DNA of 64,000 nucleotides from an uncultured delta proteobacterium (GCA_963772835.1 CAVYYZ010000012.1:1-64000); one strand, 5' to 3'. Counted from the first letter of the stretch, positions 53,140 through 63,008 are shown. Numbers and translations: made by a program. The notes: generated from the sequence alone by a model not told the origin.

Positions 53140-54570
53140 TTACGAACCGATATCATATTGAATTGCCTTGGCGTACAGGGATGATTTGCTGATGCCGAGC
53201 CTGGCGGCGGCGGCCTGCTTATCGCCTTTTTCCTCGCGGATGGCAATCCGGATCGCCTCCTCTTCGGCCAGACGTGTAATAAACTTCAGGCTGCGAAAGG
53301 ATTCCAGTGCTGAAGAGCTGCCAAGCCGCTTGACAAGGGCTCCGGGGATGTCATTGCGCGTAATGGTGGAACCGACTTTTACATAGACGGCCTGTTCAAG
53401 AACGTTGCGCAATTCCCGGACATTACCCGGCCAGTCATACTCTTTAAGTATCTCGGCTACCTCCGGTTCGACCCCCTCCACCGGTATCCCGGTCTCCCTT
53501 TCCAACTGGCGGAGATGAAACTGGATCAGCAGAGGAATGTCATCACGGCGGTTCCTGAGGGGCGGGATCTCCAGCATAACTACATTGAGACGATAGTACA
53601 GGTCGTGACGGAACATGCCGCTCTTGACCAGAGTTTCCAGATCCCGGTTGGATGCGGCGATAATCCGCACATCCACCGCCTCTGAGCCCTCAGCACCGAC
53701 CGGCTCGATCTCTTTTTCCTGCAGTACCCTCAGCAGCTTGACCTGCATGGTCAGTGGCAGCTCGCTGATCTCGTCCAGAAAGATTGTCCCCTTATCGGCC
53801 AGGGCAAACTTTCCTTTTTTCCCTTTTTTCTGCGCCCCGGTAAAGGCGCCTTCCCTATATCCGAACAGCTCCGATTCAAAGAGCGTCTCGGGAATAGCGG
53901 CACAATTGACTTTGATAAACGGCCCGAGCTTCCGGTGGCTTTCGTTATGTATAGCGTGGGCAAACAGCTCCTTACCGGTGCCGCTCTCTCCCTTCAGCAG
54001 AACTGTGGTAGTGCTCATAGCCACTTTCCTGCCCAGATCTTTCACCCACTCCAGCTCCTTGCTGATACCGACAATGTGATTGAAGGAATATTTGGCACTC
54101 AAGTGATTGGTGAGCTCGCTTTTGTAAAATTCTAATTCTGTTTTCAATTTCTTGAAGTTCTCGGTAAAGGTAAAAAGATCTTCTATATTCTGAAACATGA
54201 TCTTGCCGACCACAGCCACCACTTTCCCGTTTTCGATAATCGGTATCCGGCTGCAGATCATCTCATGTCCCCCGATCTTCTGCAGCTGGGCAATTTCAGC
54301 TACCCCGCTTTTGGCCACGAGGTGCATGCGGGTATTTTGAATCACTTCGGTGACATGCCTGCCGACCAGTTTGTCGATGGTTGTCTCAAGAAAGCTCGCA
54401 TATGCACCGTTGATCTTCAGGATATACCCTTCGGCATCGGTGATAAGCAGCCCTTCGTAGGCATGCCCCAAAGCCTCTTCCAGCATGGTCTGCCCCCTTT
54501 CCGCCAACTCGGCACGGCGGGAAAGCGCCAGCAGCAGGGAATGGACCCACCCCTCTTTATGAATAATCAT
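53140..54570 (-). CDS. PAS-domain sigma54-dependent enhancer-binding activator
   Basis: PAS domain, GESGTGKE, GAFTGA, FLDEI, WPGNVREL and a Fis HTH. Confidence 0.95.
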   Translation of the reverse strand: MIIHKEGWVHSLLLALSRRAELAERGQTMLEEALGHAYEGLLITDAEGYILKINGAYASFLETTIDKLVGRHVTEVIQNTRMHLVAKSGVAEIAQLQKIGGHEMICSRIPIIENGKVVAVVGKIMFQNIEDLFTFTENFKKLKTELEFYKSELTNHLSAKYSFNHIVGISKELEWVKDLGRKVAMSTTTVLLKGESGTGKELFAHAIHNESHRKLGPFIKVNCAAIPETLFESELFGYREGAFTGAQKKGKKGKFALADKGTIFLDEISELPLTMQVKLLRVLQEKEIEPVGAEGSEAVDVRIIAASNRDLETLVKSGMFRHDLYYRLNVVMLEIPPLRNRRDDIPLLIQFHLRQLERETGIPVEGVEPEVAEILKEYDWPGNVRELRNVLEQAVYVKVGSTITRNDIPGALVKRLGSSSALESFRSLKFITRLAEEEAIRIAIREEKGDKQAAAARLGISKSSLYAKAIQYDIGS

Positions 54571-54734
54571 CAGTACCTCCGCCGATTGTCGGATAATTCC
54601 GGCTCAAAAGAAATATCCGACGTTTCACACTTTGTACAACCTCGTTACGGTGAAAGCAACATGCAATTAAGCAATGGTAATTTAACCGTTTCTGAGTATA
54701 ATCCACCTCACTTAATAACAACTCTGAGGCAAAG

Positions 54735-55901
54735 ATGTCGCAAGCATTAGTAAATCCGGATATTTTACGTTGGGCAAGAGAGCGTTCTTACCTTGGCGCG
54801 GAGATGCTTGCCCATAAAATTGGAACCAGAGTGGAGAAGGTACTCGCCTGGGAAATGGGCGAAGCGCTTCCAACCTTCAAGCAGGCACAGAAGCTTGCTC
54901 ATACAGTCCACATACCTTTTGGCTATCTCTTCCTGCCGGTCCCGCCAGTAGAAACCATCCCTATTCCTGACTTACGAACAATCGGCGATTTTACATTGGG
55001 AAAAGCCAGCCCGGAATTCCGCGACCTGATCGGTGATGTGATGCGAAAAAGGGACTGGTTTGTCGAATATCTGCGCAAACAAGAAGCAGAACCAGTTCCG
55101 TTTATTGGCAAATTCAATCTTAACGCCCCGTATGAAGAAGTAGCTTCTGATATTGCCAAAACCCTTGGTATTGACGCACAACTGCGTCAGCGTTCCAGAA
55201 ACTGGGAAGAATTTCTGCGGACAATGATTGTCCAGGCGGAAAAATGCGGCATTTGGATCATGCGCAGCGGGATAGTGGGAAGCAACACGCATCGTCCGTT
55301 ATTAGTTGAGGAGTTCAGGGGGTTTGCTATCAGTGAGAAACTGGCACCGCTCATTTTCATAAACGGGAAAGATGCAAAGGCAGCCCAGATTTTTACCTGT
55401 GCGCACGAACTGGCGCATTTGTGGGTTGGCGAAAGCGGCATCTCCAATGTCTCTCTTGGAGTTGAAGACAGCCGTATTTCGAATAGCATAGAAAAGTTCT
55501 GCAACCACGTTGCCGTTGAGTTGCTGGTACCCAAAAGCCTGTTTCTTGAGAACTGGGACTTGAACCTGGAACTTGGAGAGAACGCCGATCGCCTCGCCCG
55601 TCATTTCCGTGTAAGTACCGTGGTTATTGCGCGTCGTGCGCTGAACTTGAATCTGATAGATTGGGCCGATTACTGGAGCTATTACGAATCCCAGAGAGAC
55701 AAATGGACCCGCGCACGTGAAGATTCCGAGAGCAGCGGCGATTTTTACCGGACCCTGAAAACACGTAATGGGACCAGATTTTCTCAGGCGGTTCTATCCA
55801 GTGTTTACGAAGGAAGGTTGATGTTCCGGGAGGCGGCGGCCTTGCTGGGTACGAGCGTGGGTACTCTGGACCACTATGCCAAGGATATGGGCGTAAGGTA
55901 A
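54735..55901 (+). CDS. XRE-HTH plus ImmA/IrrE (peptidase M78) metalloprotease
   Basis: N-terminal LRWARE...WEMG HTH; EEFRGF, FTCAHELAHLW (HExxH) and EKFCN. Confidence 0.9.
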   Translation: MSQALVNPDILRWARERSYLGAEMLAHKIGTRVEKVLAWEMGEALPTFKQAQKLAHTVHIPFGYLFLPVPPVETIPIPDLRTIGDFTLGKASPEFRDLIGDVMRKRDWFVEYLRKQEAEPVPFIGKFNLNAPYEEVASDIAKTLGIDAQLRQRSRNWEEFLRTMIVQAEKCGIWIMRSGIVGSNTHRPLLVEEFRGFAISEKLAPLIFINGKDAKAAQIFTCAHELAHLWVGESGISNVSLGVEDSRISNSIEKFCNHVAVELLVPKSLFLENWDLNLELGENADRLARHFRVSTVVIARRALNLNLIDWADYWSYYESQRDKWTRAREDSESSGDFYRTLKTRNGTRFSQAVLSSVYEGRLMFREAAALLGTSVGTLDHYAKDMGVR

Positions 55902-55905
55902 ATCA

Positions 55906-56409
55906 ATGAACTACTTACTGGACGCAAACATTTTCATTGAAGCCAAACGCCGCTATTACGGCATGGATATTTGTCCGGGATTTTGGGATTGGCTCGATGT
56001 AGCCCAAGCGGGAGGCCATGTCTCAAGTATCACGCTTGTTTATGATGAACTTGCCGATGGAAACGACGAACTAACAACATGGATAAAGAAACGGGAAGGC
56101 ACTGGGTGGTTTCTGGATGTCAGTGACGTGCCGACGCAACAGGAGTTCAAGCAGATTTTACAGAACGTTTATTCTGCAGATTATTCGGAAAAGGCAAAGA
56201 AGGATTTCTTCGATGGAGCCGATCCGTGGTTGATAGCAAAGGCAAAAGTCATGGGTGCGACCGTTGTGACGCACGAAGCTCTCAATCTCGACATCAAAAG
56301 AAAAGTGCCGATTCCGAATGTTTGCAGGCAGTTTGGTGTGCCGTGCCTTGATACGTTTGATCTACTGCGGAAACACATGGCCAGCTTTATTTTGGAAGCA
56401 GAGGATTGA
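55906..56409 (+). CDS. DUF4411-family PIN-domain protein
   Basis: YLLDANIFI, FWDWL, VYDEL, ADPWLIAKA, VVTHE and IPNVC. Confidence 0.88.
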   Translation: MNYLLDANIFIEAKRRYYGMDICPGFWDWLDVAQAGGHVSSITLVYDELADGNDELTTWIKKREGTGWFLDVSDVPTQQEFKQILQNVYSADYSEKAKKDFFDGADPWLIAKAKVMGATVVTHEALNLDIKRKVPIPNVCRQFGVPCLDTFDLLRKHMASFILEAED

Positions 56410-57119
56410 TGCTTACCCATTACACAAGCACAACGGAAGCAGTAACAAATATTTTGACGCACGGTTTTGGTTGGTTTCCAAATCGCCGCGGATTAACCCA
56501 TCTGCTTATGCCTTGGCACAACTTCTCCAAGAGAGAACCACAGCAGTTCGGAATGATTTCCTTCACCGAAAATGAGCCACCTCATACTAAGACTCACTGC
56601 AAAGAATTTGGCTTCTTCGGAATTGTGGTCTCCAACAAATGGGCAAACGAGAAAAGTGCGCAACGTGTTATCTACGTTGATGTAGATGGCCCTTCAACAG
56701 AAGCATTGCGTAAACTGTTCTTAATTGGTTATGAGGATGTACAGAGTCGAATCAAATACCCAGAAGACGAGGGTTGGTTGATGGCCTATGAAAACAAAGT
56801 GGCAGCAAGCTCAATCGCTGGTTCTACTCTTTGGGCCAATCTGCTTCAATTATGGGAATACATGGAACCAGCATCCGTGGCATGGCAACGCGAGTGGCGA
56901 ATTGTCAACCCTGTTCCGCTCTACTCATTGAGTATGTCAAAGGGTGAAGCAATACAGCAAGTGTCTCCACCTCAGAATTGGGCAAAGCACACGAACGTAG
57001 TTCCAATCCCACGAAGCGAAGTTGAAGCTTTAACCTGCCCCGCGAATCTCGTTCCTGAATTGATGTCCGTCCTACCGGAAAATTATAAAAACATTGATAT
57101 TCTGGAATTAGACAACTAA
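56409..57119 (+). CDS. AbiGi-like protein (putative ADP-ribosyltransferase fold)
   Basis: LTHYT...IL..GF, MISFTE, H...FG.FGI......W, V.Y and QREWR pattern; TGATG coupling to the PIN gene. Confidence 0.55.
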   Translation: MLTHYTSTTEAVTNILTHGFGWFPNRRGLTHLLMPWHNFSKREPQQFGMISFTENEPPHTKTHCKEFGFFGIVVSNKWANEKSAQRVIYVDVDGPSTEALRKLFLIGYEDVQSRIKYPEDEGWLMAYENKVAASSIAGSTLWANLLQLWEYMEPASVAWQREWRIVNPVPLYSLSMSKGEAIQQVSPPQNWAKHTNVVPIPRSEVEALTCPANLVPELMSVLPENYKNIDILELDN

Positions 57120-57167
57120 TCCGGCAGTAAACCAATATTATGCAATTATCTACCATGAGGATACTTG

Positions 57168-59954
57168 ATGCCGATTTCCTGGAATGAAATACGCGACCGC
57201 TCCCTGACGTTTTCACGCGAGTGGGCCGACGAAAGCTCTGAAGACGCTGAAGCCAAGAGTTTCTGGGACGGTTTTTTCAACGTCTTCGGCATCACCCGTC
57301 GGCGCGTGGCTTCTTTTGAAGCTCCGGTCAAAAAAGGAGACGGCCAGGGTGGCTATATTGACCTGCTTTGGAAAGGCGTGCTACTGGTCGAGCACAAGTC
57401 ACGCGGCAAGAACCTAGACCGCGCCGCCCGTCAGGCCTTCGACTATTTCCCCGGCCTGAAAGAACGCGATCTTCCTCGCTATGTGCTGGTATCCGACTTT
57501 GCCCGTTTCCGCCTGTTCGATCTGGACAACAACGAACAGCACGATTTCACACTGGCCGAACTCCCCAAACACATCCGCCTTTTCGGTTTCATCGCCGGTT
57601 ACCAGACCCGCAGTTTCGGTCAGCAAGACCCGGTCAACGTGCAGGCCGCTGAAAAACTGGGTAAACTTCATGACCAGTTCAAGGTAGCCGGGTACGACGG
57701 GCATGCATTAGAGATCCTGTTGGTGCGGCTGCTTTTCTGTCTGTTTGCCGAAGACACCGCCCTTTTTGAGCGTCGTCTGTTTCAGGACTACCTCGAACAG
57801 CGCACCCATGAAGACGGCAGCGACCTGGGCATGCATCTGGCCCAACTTTTCCAAGTTCTCGACACCGCTTCAGAAAAGCGACCCAAGACCCTTGACGAAC
57901 AGATGGCAACCTTCCCCTATGTCAACGGCCAACTCTTTACCGAAGTTTTACCGATTGCCGCCTGTGATCGGGCAATGCGCGAAACCTTGCTCGATTGCTG
58001 CGCCCTGGACTGGAGCCGCATCAGCCCGGCAGTTTTCGGTTCACTCTTCCAAAGCATCATGGATACTACCGCCCGACGCAATCTGGGTGCCCACTACACC
58101 AGTGAAACCAATATTCTCAAGCTGATCGGACCACTATTTCTGGATGACCTGTGGGCCGAATTCCATCGAATCAAGCGCAATCGCAACCAGCTTTTCGAGT
58201 TCCTGAAGAAGCTTTCCCGGCTGACCTTTTTCGATCCGGCCTGCGGTTGCGGAAACTTTCTGGTTATTGCTTACCGCGAACTGCGCCTTCTGGAGCTGGA
58301 GGTACTACGCCAGGTACGACAGAACGACCAGCTCATGCTAGATGTTTTCCAGTTGATCGGTGTCAATGTTGATCTGTTTCACGGAATCGAGATCGATGAA
58401 TGGCCCGCCCGCATCGCCGAGGTGGCACTCTGGCTGACCGACCATCAGATGAACCTGAAGGTATCGGAGGAGTTCGGTCAGTACTTCGCTCGACTGCCGC
58501 TGAAGAAAGCGCCGCATATTGTGCATGGCAATGCGCTGAAGATTGACTGGAATGATGTGATTCCGGCGTGGCGGTTGTCGTACCTGCTGGGAAATCCGCC
58601 GTTTGTGGGGTCAAAGTTTTTGGATGATGCCCAGCGAGCCGAGGTGGCTGCTGTTTTTCATGATGTCAAGGGTGCTGGTGTGCTTGATTACGTGGTCTGC
58701 TGGTATGGCAAGGCGGCGAAATACATGGCCGAAAACAAGGCAATTCACGCTGCCTTCGTCTCCACAAACTCCATCACTCAAGGTGAACAAGTAGGCATCC
58801 TCTGGCCCGATCTTTTTCGCCGTGGTGTCATGATTCACTTTGCTCACCGGACCTTTCAATGGAACAGCGAGGCACGCGGCAAGGCCGCCGTACACTGCGT
58901 CATCATTGGCTTCGGGTTGCAGGAGGTTTCCGAAAAATGGCTCTTCGACTATGACACCCCCAAGAGCGAACCGCATGCTGTTAAGACCAACAACATCAAT
59001 CCTTATTTAGTGGATGGACCGGATGTAGTATTGCAAACACGCACCAAACCGATATGTGTTGTACCGGTGATCGGCATCGGTAACAAGCCGATTGATGGCG
59101 GCTTCTACCTCTTTACCATAGAGGAACGAGACGAGTTTCTGAAACTTGAGCCAGCGGCAAAAGATTTGTTTCGTCGCTGGCTTGGCAGTGATGAATTTAT
59201 TAACGGATATGTGCGCTGGTGTTTATGGCTAGGAGAAAGTCCGCCGGATGAGCTGCGAAAAATGCCTGAGGCCATCAAACGAATTGAAGCTGTGAAGTCC
59301 TTTCGTCTTGGGATAGGTCCGAACAGCAAAGGAAAGAAGGTAGATAAAACACCTCCTGAATCAACACAAAAACTCGCTACGACGCCAACTCGCTTCCATG
59401 TCGAGAATATGCCGAAAGGTAATTTTCTTGTAGTTCCAAAGGTTTCTTCAGAAAGACGTCAGTTCATACCAATTGGCTTTATGACACCGGATACATTTTG
59501 TAGTGATTTGGTGTTTATTCTCCCCAATGCTACCTTCTACCATTTCGGCATCCTCTCCTCCACCATGCACAACGCCTGGATGCGCGCGGTTTGCGGCCGC
59601 CTGGAGAGCCGATATCGCTACTCCGCTGGCATCGTCTACAACAACTTCCCCTGGCCGGAGCCAAGCGATAAACAGCAAGCCGCTATCGAAGCCGCCGCGC
59701 AAGCCATCATCGACACCCGCGCAAAGTTCTCCAAGTCAACCCTGGCCGACCTATACGATCCACTGACCATGCCGCCGGAACTGGTCAAGGCACATCAGAC
59801 ACTGGACCGCGCCGTGGATGCCGCCTACGGAAAGACTTCATTCAACACCGAGGCCGAGCGGGTGGCATTTCTGTTCGAGCGCTACCAGCAATTGACCGCA
59901 CCGCTGGCTTTGACGAAAAACACCGTAAAGAAGAACACGAGGAGGACATTATGA
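57168..59954 (+). CDS. MmeI-like type IIL/IIG restriction-modification enzyme
   Basis: GYIDLLWKGVLLVEHKS nuclease, YVNGQLF, GAHYT, DPACGCGNF, GNPPF, STNSITQGEQ and C-terminal LADLYDP. Confidence 0.92.
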   Translation: MPISWNEIRDRSLTFSREWADESSEDAEAKSFWDGFFNVFGITRRRVASFEAPVKKGDGQGGYIDLLWKGVLLVEHKSRGKNLDRAARQAFDYFPGLKERDLPRYVLVSDFARFRLFDLDNNEQHDFTLAELPKHIRLFGFIAGYQTRSFGQQDPVNVQAAEKLGKLHDQFKVAGYDGHALEILLVRLLFCLFAEDTALFERRLFQDYLEQRTHEDGSDLGMHLAQLFQVLDTASEKRPKTLDEQMATFPYVNGQLFTEVLPIAACDRAMRETLLDCCALDWSRISPAVFGSLFQSIMDTTARRNLGAHYTSETNILKLIGPLFLDDLWAEFHRIKRNRNQLFEFLKKLSRLTFFDPACGCGNFLVIAYRELRLLELEVLRQVRQNDQLMLDVFQLIGVNVDLFHGIEIDEWPARIAEVALWLTDHQMNLKVSEEFGQYFARLPLKKAPHIVHGNALKIDWNDVIPAWRLSYLLGNPPFVGSKFLDDAQRAEVAAVFHDVKGAGVLDYVVCWYGKAAKYMAENKAIHAAFVSTNSITQGEQVGILWPDLFRRGVMIHFAHRTFQWNSEARGKAAVHCVIIGFGLQEVSEKWLFDYDTPKSEPHAVKTNNINPYLVDGPDVVLQTRTKPICVVPVIGIGNKPIDGGFYLFTIEERDEFLKLEPAAKDLFRRWLGSDEFINGYVRWCLWLGESPPDELRKMPEAIKRIEAVKSFRLGIGPNSKGKKVDKTPPESTQKLATTPTRFHVENMPKGNFLVVPKVSSERRQFIPIGFMTPDTFCSDLVFILPNATFYHFGILSSTMHNAWMRAVCGRLESRYRYSAGIVYNNFPWPEPSDKQQAAIEAAAQAIIDTRAKFSKSTLADLYDPLTMPPELVKAHQTLDRAVDAAYGKTSFNTEAERVAFLFERYQQLTAPLALTKNTVKKNTRRTL

Positions 59955-60105
59955 AGTTATCTACCAGTGAATCAATAAATTGCATTATATCCCCGGGATC
60001 TGGTGATAAACGAGTTATTCGCAGGTAAAAAATAATACTGAAGAACCAAAATGGCTGATCAAAGAATTAAAATTCCGCGGGCACAGGAGAGAATAGAGGT
60101 TGGGA

Positions 60106-61296
60106 ATGAGCAAGAATAAGAAAAAACAAAAACAGAGGTTTCTTGAAAATATTGGAATTAACTTGCTGATGGTATTGCTGATTGTCTTTAGTTGTGAAAT
60201 CACATTTGCTACTGAAAACATCACTAGCGAGACAAAGACGTGGAATTTATTCGATAATATTGTTTCAGACACTCTTTTGTTGCTTGACCCCGATTTGAAA
60301 AAAATAATTGCGGATGACTTTAACCATGTAGTCAATAATTCAAAATTTCAAGTTCAAGTAAACAGCTGGAAACCACGCCCAAACCCCAAAATAAAGCTTG
60401 CATCAATCTACAACAATACAAACAGCAACAATATCAGGGAGAGCTTTTCTTCTTTGGTTCAACCCGTTGTCGAAATCGCCTGTACTCCGCAAAAATACGA
60501 TCCACTGAATGAGTATCAATCAAAATGTATCAAAGAGCTATTCAACTACCCAATAATTGAAACTATTAAAATTGGTTACACATATAGGCCAAATACAACA
60601 ATCGATCAGAACATAGCAAACTTATCAGGCATAACTGATAAGTACAGGTATCATCAGATTGTTTGCACAATGGCCGACATTATGAATGGAGCTTATGAGA
60701 AAGTAAGTAAGAAGAATGTCACTAAAAGTGTGAATTTTGTTAAGTATCCATTGGCTTTGTTCGCACCATCAGTTGCGACAGCTAAGAAATTTTCTGTAAA
60801 CGATAAGATCATAATATCCAATGAAAAAGCCGATTTAGAATCTCAAATCAGCCGGAAAAGAATGGAATGTCATAATACAAAAGCGGGGAGTAATGATCAT
60901 TGTTACAAAAAGAAAAAAGAACTGGAAGCCTTACTTGATGAATTAGAAAGATATCCGGAATATTATTTTGAACAGAAACAAGTGCGGGAAGCAAAAGCAA
61001 GGGCACAAGAAATAGCTGATACGCAAGATGCAGAAATTGCAGCACAAGAAGCTCATGCACGTACAACGCATGATATGGAAGAACAGCAGATGCGACAGCA
61101 TCAGCAGATGTTAAATGAAATGGGGCCTGTTAAAGTGCTCCCCAACGGGATGGCAATTAACACTGGTTCTGGTGAGTTTTTAGCTCCTTCTGGTAGTGGT
61201 TATGTAGGGACGCAGGACGGAACTTTTTATACACCAGCTGGCCAGAATGGATTGATCAATACTGGAACGGGTAGATTTACCCCAGTTGTCAGATAA
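60106..61296 (+). CDS. Hypothetical membrane-anchored or exported protein, low GC
   Basis: ~396-aa ORF with an N-terminal hydrophobic helix, a coiled-coil segment and C-terminal INTG.G.F.P repeats. Confidence 0.7.
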   Translation: MSKNKKKQKQRFLENIGINLLMVLLIVFSCEITFATENITSETKTWNLFDNIVSDTLLLLDPDLKKIIADDFNHVVNNSKFQVQVNSWKPRPNPKIKLASIYNNTNSNNIRESFSSLVQPVVEIACTPQKYDPLNEYQSKCIKELFNYPIIETIKIGYTYRPNTTIDQNIANLSGITDKYRYHQIVCTMADIMNGAYEKVSKKNVTKSVNFVKYPLALFAPSVATAKKFSVNDKIIISNEKADLESQISRKRMECHNTKAGSNDHCYKKKKELEALLDELERYPEYYFEQKQVREAKARAQEIADTQDAEIAAQEAHARTTHDMEEQQMRQHQQMLNEMGPVKVLPNGMAINTGSGEFLAPSGSGYVGTQDGTFYTPAGQNGLINTGTGRFTPVVR

Positions 61297-61331
61297 AGAG
61301 AATGAATGATGTGGTCATCTCTGAAAGGCTA

Positions 61332-61392
61332 CTCAAACCGGGCTTACGACCTGCCCGAAAAAACCGGCAGGTCAAAGCCTTGCCCGTTGAAC
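61332..61392 (+). repeat. attC-like imperfect palindrome
   Basis: CTCAAAC...GACCTGCC-loop-GGCAGGTC...GTTGAAC, followed within 25 bp by a GGAGG RBS and ATG. Confidence 0.45.
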
Positions 61393-61416
61393 AAAGAAAA
61401 TATAACGGAGGGATTT

Positions 61417-61824
61417 ATGCGTAAATCAATTGTCATCGCTGTTTCAACTTGTCTACTCTCAGGCATCACATTCTCATCCTGTTCGGCCGGGAACTACTCC
61501 GAGCGCGATCTACAAAGAGCCGCCGCAAAACTTAACAAAAGAATGCCAATGTACCCCGACAAAGAAACCGTCCTAAACAATGTCTCTACCGGCCCCGGCC
61601 TGACATTTTCCTACAACTACACTTTGAAAAATTACAGAGCTGCCGACCTGAAGGTAAACGAGTTTTATGGCTGGATGAGAAACAACATTTCACCAAAAGT
61701 TTGTGGAAGTCCTGATGTCACTAAATTTTTAAAAAGCGATGTTACTGTCAAGTACGTCTACAAAGGATCTGACGGAGTAACCATCAGTGACATTCCTTTT
61801 ACTCGCAGAGATTGTGGTATTTGA
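61417..61824 (+). CDS. Exported hypothetical protein, PA3611/AspS-like pattern
   Basis: Signal peptide; AAKLNKRMP..D.ET, YNYT, C...Y.Y...G and a terminal Cys. Confidence 0.6.
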   Translation: MRKSIVIAVSTCLLSGITFSSCSAGNYSERDLQRAAAKLNKRMPMYPDKETVLNNVSTGPGLTFSYNYTLKNYRAADLKVNEFYGWMRNNISPKVCGSPDVTKFLKSDVTVKYVYKGSDGVTISDIPFTRRDCGI

Positions 61825-61849
61825 GCCCATCAAACAGGAGGACCACAAA

Positions 61850-62023
61850 ATGAAAACTTGCATAATGTCCATATTACTTCTGGCAAGTTCTTTCATCTCA
61901 GCAAATGCAGCCGGTTCTAGCAGTGATCCTATAGAAAGAATTGCAAGCGGAGCGCTAAAGGTCGTTGTCGTTGTGGTCATCATAGGGGCAATTTCCTTTT
62001 TTAGAAAAAATAAAAGTAAATAA
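61850..62023 (+). CDS. Small membrane protein
   Basis: AGGAGG RBS, signal-like N-terminus, C-terminal TM helix with a basic tail. Confidence 0.65.
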   Translation: MKTCIMSILLLASSFISANAAGSSSDPIERIASGALKVVVVVVIIGAISFFRKNKSK

Positions 62024-62053
62024 TTCATACTACTTAACAGACGGGAGATAACC

Positions 62054-62245
62054 ATGGAAGATGTGAAATGCTCAAAATGTGGGTATTACGGGGCAATGGA
62101 AAGGGGTATGAAGGTTCCTAGCACAGGAGAAACTGTAATGAAAATCGCATTTCTTGGTGCGATATTCGGAAGTAAGGCCAACAAGGTAACATACTACGGT
62201 ATTTGTCCAACCTGCGGTCATCATACTACGGTTCCAACTAAATGA
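62054..62245 (+). CDS. Small zinc-ribbon protein
   Basis: GGAG RBS, CSKC...CPTCGH with a central hydrophobic stretch. Confidence 0.65.
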   Translation: MEDVKCSKCGYYGAMERGMKVPSTGETVMKIAFLGAIFGSKANKVTYYGICPTCGHHTTVPTK

Positions 62246-62298
62246 AGAAGAAACGAATTGGTGCCAAACTTACATATTCCAAGCAGAATTTATAAAAA

Positions 62299-62580
62299 TT
62301 ACAATCCAATTTCGCTATGCGAACCGAGGCGAACCAAATCGAGATGATCGTCATCCGGTTTCCGGTATATCAAGATCAAATCAGGCTTGATGTGGCAATC
62401 TCTGTGGTCGGCCCAATCACCAGAGAGCGAGTGATCGAAGTTACGACGGGGCAATGTCTCGTCGACGGCAAGCAGACGGACAACATCCATCAGCGCGGCG
62501 TCAAGTGTTTTTCCATGCCGTCCAGATTTTTCCCGTTTGAAGTCGCGCTTGAAACGACCGACGTATCTAATCTCCCGCAT
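62299..62580 (-). CDS. yafQ: YafQ-family mRNA interferase toxin
   Basis: FKRDFK, DHSLSGDW, RDCHIKPDLILIY and RLGSHSE. Confidence 0.92.
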   Translation of the reverse strand: MREIRYVGRFKRDFKREKSGRHGKTLDAALMDVVRLLAVDETLPRRNFDHSLSGDWADHRDCHIKPDLILIYRKPDDDHLDLVRLGSHSEIGL

Positions 62581-62836
62581 TTAACATCTCAAGGAGGTTA
62601 TCTGCGGAGCCAACCGTAACAAGCTCGCCACGTCGGGTGGCCCTCATTGCCTCAATAGTTTCCTCATTGGGAACAAGTGGCGCAAACGGTAGCTGTTTTT
62701 CTTTTGCAATGCGCATCATCAGCATGCGGAAAGCATCAGAGGCTGTAAGACCGATAGAAGCGAGCACTGCCTCGGCCTCAATTTTAATATTTCCGTCAAT
62801 TCTTGCTCGGACAACAGAGTTATGAGTTGCTAACAT
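62567..62836 (-). CDS. dinJ: RelB/DinJ-family antitoxin
   Basis: VRARID, GLTASDAFR, LPF and PNEETIEAM; overlaps the toxin gene. Confidence 0.9.
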   Translation of the reverse strand: MLATHNSVVRARIDGNIKIEAEAVLASIGLTASDAFRMLMMRIAKEKQLPFAPLVPNEETIEAMRATRRGELVTVGSADNLLEMLNAGD

Positions 62837-62935
62837 AATGTTTCTCCTTTGAGCTACATTGTAGCCCGCAAGATCGTAAAGGGCAAGATTATTTCCACGA
62901 CAGAATATTTCCACAACAAAACGAAAGAAGCGAGC

Positions 62936-63008
62936 GCCCAACAATCGGCGGCACGCAGTCAGCTCGGATAAAACCCCGCGCCGCTGGTGCACCTCACTAC
63001 CGTTAAAC
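62936..63008 (-). repeat. attC-like site upstream of dinJ-yafQ
   Basis: Minus strand GTTTAAC (RYYYAAC) ... GTTGGGC (GTTRRRY), 73 bp, with an imperfect internal palindrome. Confidence 0.5.
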
